A DNA stretch of 62,692 nucleotides, counting the filler, from Globobulimina sp. (lineage: Eukaryota), in assembly GCA_003354225.1 (NCBI GenBank). It is 31 parts of 31 records of this genome, joined end to end, with 100 filler letters (N's around TTAATTAATTAA, not from the genome) between each part and the next. Parts side by side here need not be neighbours in the genome. Positions count along the whole stretch, not along the records: positions 56,721 to 58,644 come from PIVH01010540.1; positions 58,745 to 60,668 come from PIVH01010541.1; positions 60,769 to 62,692 come from PIVH01010542.1; 28 more parts are not named here. One strand, 5' to 3'. Under the pieces are notes generated by a model. That model was given only the letters and a program-made list of their open reading frames with translations. It was not told where the DNA came from and ran no database searches. Shown piece after piece: positions 57,763 through 62,692 of the stretch. Made by a program: the position numbers and the translations under genes. Numbering within the stretch: the first letter of the stretch is position 1; each line of letters starts with the position of its first letter.

Positions 57763-58644
57763 ATGGAGAGCACAGATCCGATAGCAAATAATACAATACC
57801 TTATATAATACCAAATGAATCCTCCTGTACGCATACACCAACCAAGAAACGAAAAGAATTCAAAAAAAGAGTAAATCATTACTTGTGCGACAATTTAAAT
57901 CGGGTATTATGTGAATTATATTTTTATTGCGAGCATGAATCGAATGCCATTCAATGTTCTGAAGTATTGAATATTTTATCTCAAGCATCGCTGCAATTTC
58001 ATCAATTAAATCGTCAATTAATTATATTGTCCAATGCAAGTATATTAAATACAAAATCCATTGCATGGAATGTCAGTTGTTTATCGCCGCAAAGAATTGA
58101 TTTTTGCAAATTTAATCAACAAAATAATTTTAAAGGCACACTGGCCAATGTTAAGAATATAGCAAATGTAGCAAATAAGAAAAATGACAGCAAAGTCAAT
58201 GATATTATAAATGAAAAAAAACAGTCGGAAATATCGCCAGCTTTTCAGATTAGAAATTCAGGCAATGAGAAAGCTAAAAAACCCAAAAAACCGAAAAAAA
58301 TAATCAAATGTTGGGCTGATTTTGACAGTGAATCTGATCTTGATTTTGAATCTACGAAAAGCGATGATGATGAACATGAATATGAAAAATATATAAAATC
58401 TGATATTCGGAAAAATGAATCATTGCAAAAAAATAAAAATGAAATTCGAACTGAAACTGAAATTGACGCCGAAGATCAAAAGGAAAATCCAAAGGAAAAC
58501 GAAAACGAAAATAAAAATAAAAATGGAAATGAAGAACAAATTCAGCAAAAAGAAATTGTGACAAATCATCAAAACGAAACAGAAAAAGAAGAAAAAGAGG
58601 ACGAAAAATCTGAAGAGCCGCAAAAAGAACAAAAATCCGCAGGA
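57763..58644 (+). CDS. SCAPER N-terminal domain protein, 3'-partial
   Basis: YLCDNLNRVLCELYFYCEHESNAIQCSEVLNIL...F..L...SIAWNV matches SCAPER_N (LFDNLRRAVDEIYxTCE...SLAWEV). Confidence 0.8.
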
Positions 58645-58744
58645 NNNNNNNNNNNNNNNNNNNNNNNNNNNNNNNNNNNNNNNNNNNNTTAATTAATTAA
58701 NNNNNNNNNNNNNNNNNNNNNNNNNNNNNNNNNNNNNNNNNNNN

Positions 58745-59140
58745 CGGTTCAAAGGACGGACGAACGAACGGACGGGTGGAAGGGTATGGAGAGAGCATCC
58801 TTGCTCAAACGTACGATTGGAGGCTCAACAGATGAAGGGACAGACAAACATAGAGTCGACGTGAATGACCTAAGAACGAAGAAACGAAGTGATGAAAGGA
58901 GGGACGAACCGACGATTTGCATATTGTACGTACGGACGGACGAATAGATGGACGATCGGATGGGTGCACGAACGAAACGATGAGTGGAACGGTGGGCAGA
59001 TGAGAGGACAGACAAACGTACAGACGAACTTACGGCGATATGTCGGCGTTTCTTGCCGATAAATCGGTGTTCGCCTACCGAGTATATCGTAATAAAGTAT
59101 CGGTGGGTGGAGCACCGATTTAACCGATATATCGGTAAGT
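58745..59140. repeat. GACG/GAAC degenerate tetranucleotide repeat followed by an ATCGGT/ACCGAT motif cluster
   Basis: GGACGGACGAACGAACGGACG-type runs at 58754-59030; several ATCGGT/ACCGA(T) motifs at 59056-59136. Confidence 0.65.
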
Positions 59141-60768
59141 GATAGGTGTTGTTGATATTTACAACTGCTTTAGTACTCGCAGTGCAGTTCAAAACTTGAC
59201 AAATGTTTAGAAATAGCAAATGATTTACAGAAACCATCTCTTCGCAACATGCAAAAACACACCTTAGAAATTAGTTTTAAGTTCAGTCGAGCTGTCAAAA
59301 TGGCTGGCGATTGGTTATTTAATAGGAGCGGCTTAATGCGCGAAAAGGGGTATTGTATAGCTTCTATTAATGTAATGTTACCTACTAACTGGTATTTGAT
59401 CTTTACAAGTTTTGTTCTATACCCGGAAAAGATTTATGTGATTCTAATTTTACTGTCAATTATCTTCTTGCAAAACGTGTCGTACTAGAGAATTTGTACT
59501 GTAACTTTTTGGAACTTGCGTATGTTTGCGAAGAAATCGTCACATTTTTTTAGTACTTTACTTTGCTTGCTATACAATCATCTATATTCTTGTGTCTTAA
59601 ATATGTATGTATGTAACGGTAAAAGGTCACGGATCAAACCCGTCGGCAGAGCTGGGAGAAGACATATGCGAGTGGTGTGCCACTCTATGCATTACATTAT
59701 TGCCAGTAGGAATAATATTACTTGTCGTTAATGATGAATTGGCTGAGCCGTTATTTGCACACAACAACCATCGATATTTTAATAGGTATTAACGTCGATA
59801 TAGCAACGAAATATCGCCGATTTTACCGTATCAATTATGACGTGACACCTAAGTTTTGGGCGTTATTTAAAAAATACAAAAAAAATTATTTTCCGTTGCG
59901 GCTTTAAGTGACTGCCAATAAAATAAATAATATTTTTTACTTATGCTGCTTACGTTTTCACAAACTACGCTTGTTGTTTTTAAGTTATGTCTTTACTTTT
60001 GGGTAGTAAAAATTACACTTAAACTATTTGTGGCGAAATTTAACTCAATTGTACACTAAATTTACCTTCATTGTCACGTCGTTTTAATTAATTCTGAACT
60101 ATTCGAGGAATACGAAAGTTACAGTAACCCGATATCTTTTGTGTTTATTTGCCATAACATGAGTTCGTTAAGTAAAAACGTTAAATATTTTTGTAAATTT
60201 TTTGATTATTATTTTTACTTGAGATTTATTGTAGTTTGGTTCCCTAATTGTAGTGAGTGCGGTAAGTGAATTATTACAACCGAGTTTCGGCGGGTTTCCT
60301 GGTACTTGCGTTAAACGATATAAAAGTATGACTGTGTTGGAAAATATTATCAGTGGCTGATTTCGTCGTTTTCAAATCGTTCTTGATATTGTTATCCATG
60401 GTTCGTCCGACAGTTCGTTATGATAAGCCTGACGTTTTGGACTTTTATGTCAATATTGCTGACGATCGTACTGCTATGGAATATGGCAAAGATCACATAC
60501 AGGAGTACATACTTAGACAATTCAATGTTTTTGGCGACATATTAACACTGATTTTTTTACGAAATAAACGAGGAATCAACCTAACATTGATGCTCTGACA
60601 ATTGGCATAGTACCGGTGGAGATCTATGAATTAGCCAATGAAACAGCCATTTCTCAATTTGCTAAAGGNNNNNNNNNNNNNNNNNNNNNNNNNNNNNNNN
60701 NNNNNNNNNNNNTTAATTAATTAANNNNNNNNNNNNNNNNNNNNNNNNNNNNNNNNNNNNNNNNNNNN

Positions 60769-61681
60769 ATACAATCACCTAAACCACAACAAGCAACCAG
60801 CACAGATACCCCCTCCTCCTCCACACCAACACCCGTATCAAAACAACCTCTATTTACAAATAACAGAGCAAAGCCCCAAGTCTCCCAACCACAGCCAATA
60901 AAATCTAAACCAAAACCAAAAGCACCATCATCAATATGGGAGCAACGCGCACAAAAACAAAAGGAAAAACAAAAAGCAATGTCAATCAATTCCGATAGCA
61001 CCAAAAAACGAAAAGAAAAACAAAAAGCAAAGTCCAGATCCACCAGAAACAAGTTTCCTGTGCAAAAGCGGAAAATGCCAGCAAATGAACCACATCATGT
61101 ACAAAAAGCTGCGTCATCATTACGCTCAAAAGGCGGCTATAAACCACGTAGAATTTCCCATTCGTATGACGCCAATCGGGTGGATATGACAAGAAAACAA
61201 TTGCTAACTACGCATAAACCGCAAATTGCAGCTAAACAGGAATCATTTCCGTCGTTACAACAGTCATTGTCTGCGAGTGCAAATAAGGAGAATAGGTTAA
61301 AGAAATCAGGTGGTTTTAGAGTGAGGAAAGTAGCGACTGTGTACGATCCGAATTCTGTAGATATGACAAAGAAACAGCAAGCACCCTTTGCATTGAATAA
61401 GAATAATTATAGCAATACGTTTACAGCACAGTCACAGTCACAGTCGCGTGGTGATAGTATTAGGTCTAAACCGTTTGGTGGCTTATCTTCCCGTTCAAAA
61501 GGATACCGAGCACAGTCGCGTGATAATAATGTTAGATCTAAACCGTTTGGAGGATCAGGTATAGTCACTGTTATTATTTAGCTATTCTGTGCCTTAATGA
61601 GTATATGATACAGTTGCATCCGTTCGAGCAGTTCAACCAATTCAATCAATACGACCACCGCCAATTCGCCCAGTGTGTTAA
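60769..61681 (+). CDS. Pro/Gln/Lys-rich protein with internal repeats, 5'-partial, with a short 3' exon
   Basis: Frame open from the contig start; YDANRVDMTRKQ/YDPNSVDMTKKQ and RSKPFGG x2; intron about 61559..61613, then VASVRAVQP...RPVC*. Confidence 0.55.
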
Positions 61682-61954
61682 AAGAATTTTAAAAATGCCA
61701 AATGACATTTATGTTGTGTTTTGACTTTACTATTATTTATATTATTTATTAATCTATTTCCAAAGTTTTTTATTTACCAACTAGCAGCAAAAGTTTTTTT
61801 TCCAAACATATGCGATTTTCCCATCTTGTTTAGATCTTTTTCAAGTGCTGAGAAATAAGTAATGAAATTAATCGTACATTCATGTTCAATAAATGAATGA
61901 CGAAACATATGCTCATGATTGTGACAATATTGAATCACTATAAATCGGCTCATA

Positions 61955-62692
61955 ATGTCTTCCGGTGTGGACAAAGCCTATTTAAAATCAAGAATTCGGG
62001 TTGGAAGTATCCATTCGAAATTAAATTACGATCGACTGGAAAAAGTCTTTCATTCCGATGATATCCCCCAAAAAATCAAAGACCGAGTCAATGCAATTCA
62101 GCAAATGAAAGAAGATCATTCGCCACAGTTATTTTGGAACAAATCAACATATTTATTAAAATCTGAAAAGGAGAACACAATCCCTCACAAATATACTTTG
62201 AATCCATCTCAGCCACAACCGTTGTTATCGCAAACTAAAAAATTCACAAGAGATAAATACAATTTATCTGAAACAAAAACGCTTCGCAAATCTTTATCCG
62301 CAAACAATTTGCATTATAATCCTGTAGAGCTACAATGGGGAACTACACAACTCAGAGATTTGTATTCGTATCATCTAAAATGTTCTGCCGAAGGGATACA
62401 AGAATGGGATCATTCGAACGTATTTGAGCATGCTTCAAAAGCGAATGAGAATAAAATGCACCACAACAACTATAAACTACTAACAATCAAAAATTATTTG
62501 AATCCCTCGCAAAGAGAGGAACAAAGAATGTATTCATTGCGCAAATATAAAGACGAAGATCGTAGAAATTATATACAAATGTTGGAGAAAGAAAAAATAG
62601 AAAAACGTTTATCGCAATCTTATAAAAGAAGCACTATGAAATTAAAGCCGTTTACTTCCGAAGACAAAAATGATATTTCTGCACATGTGAAG
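61955..62692 (+). CDS. Hypothetical protein, 3'-partial (absent from the ORF track because it has no stop)
   Basis: ATG at 61955 (MSSGVDKAYLKSRIRV) stays open for 246 codons to the window end. Confidence 0.6.
   Translation, partial: MSSGVDKAYLKSRIRVGSIHSKLNYDRLEKVFHSDDIPQKIKDRVNAIQQMKEDHSPQLFWNKSTYLLKSEKENTIPHKYTLNPSQPQPLLSQTKKFTRDKYNLSETKTLRKSLSANNLHYNPVELQWGTTQLRDLYSYHLKCSAEGIQEWDHSNVFEHASKANENKMHHNNYKLLTIKNYLNPSQREEQRMYSLRKYKDEDRRNYIQMLEKEKIEKRLSQSYKRSTMKLKPFTSEDKNDISAHVK

Noticed and set aside
1928-60768. Regularly spaced TTAATTAATTAA as a CRISPR or biological repeat
   Set aside because: Always centred in 44+44 N with size-sorted contigs between; it is a concatenation linker.
1-62692. 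An operon or gene cluster spanning several contigs
   Set aside because: Contigs are ordered by length, so adjacency across linkers has no biological meaning.
1-62692. rRNA, tRNA or other structured RNA genes
   Set aside because: None recognised by eye; a covariance-model scan (Rfam, tRNAscan-SE) would be needed to exclude them.

Overview
This window is not one genomic locus. It is 31 unrelated contigs of 1924-1927 nt, sorted by decreasing length and joined by an artificial 100-nt linker (44 N + TTAATTAATTAA + 44 N), so neighbourhood only means something within a contig. Most contigs look like an AT-rich, gene-dense eukaryote with short GT-AG introns (about 44-132 nt where I could reconstruct them), Asn/acidic low-complexity proteins and PT-repeat membrane proteins. 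That style is most consistent with a foraminiferan (Rhizaria), which is an inference from protein style, not from a marker gene. Recognisable host genes include OTU1/YOD1, Pam16, Acinus-like, TTI1-like, SCAPER-like, LACTB2-like, NUDT19-like, a DUSP, a GMC oxidoreductase, a pLGIC, an EAG/CNG-type channel, an HSL-family esterase and a sulfotransferase. Mixed in are a diatom-type plastid fragment (ycf3-rps18-rpl33/rps20), a probable bacterial phage piece fused to a host gene, and transposon pieces (Polinton-type integrase with an intron, hAT, Kolobok-like, a TIR element). There are also repeat-rich non-coding contigs that may come from another organism, and inversion/duplication chimeras typical of whole-genome amplification. 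The most interesting signal is a short N-terminal motif (LLxxG[YF]xR...[IV]Pxx[IL]xxI[IC]xx[YF]Y) found in six proteins on four contigs, fused to SPRY, RCC1 or MATH-like domains, which suggests an expanded adaptor system. All family calls are by eye; no searches were run.
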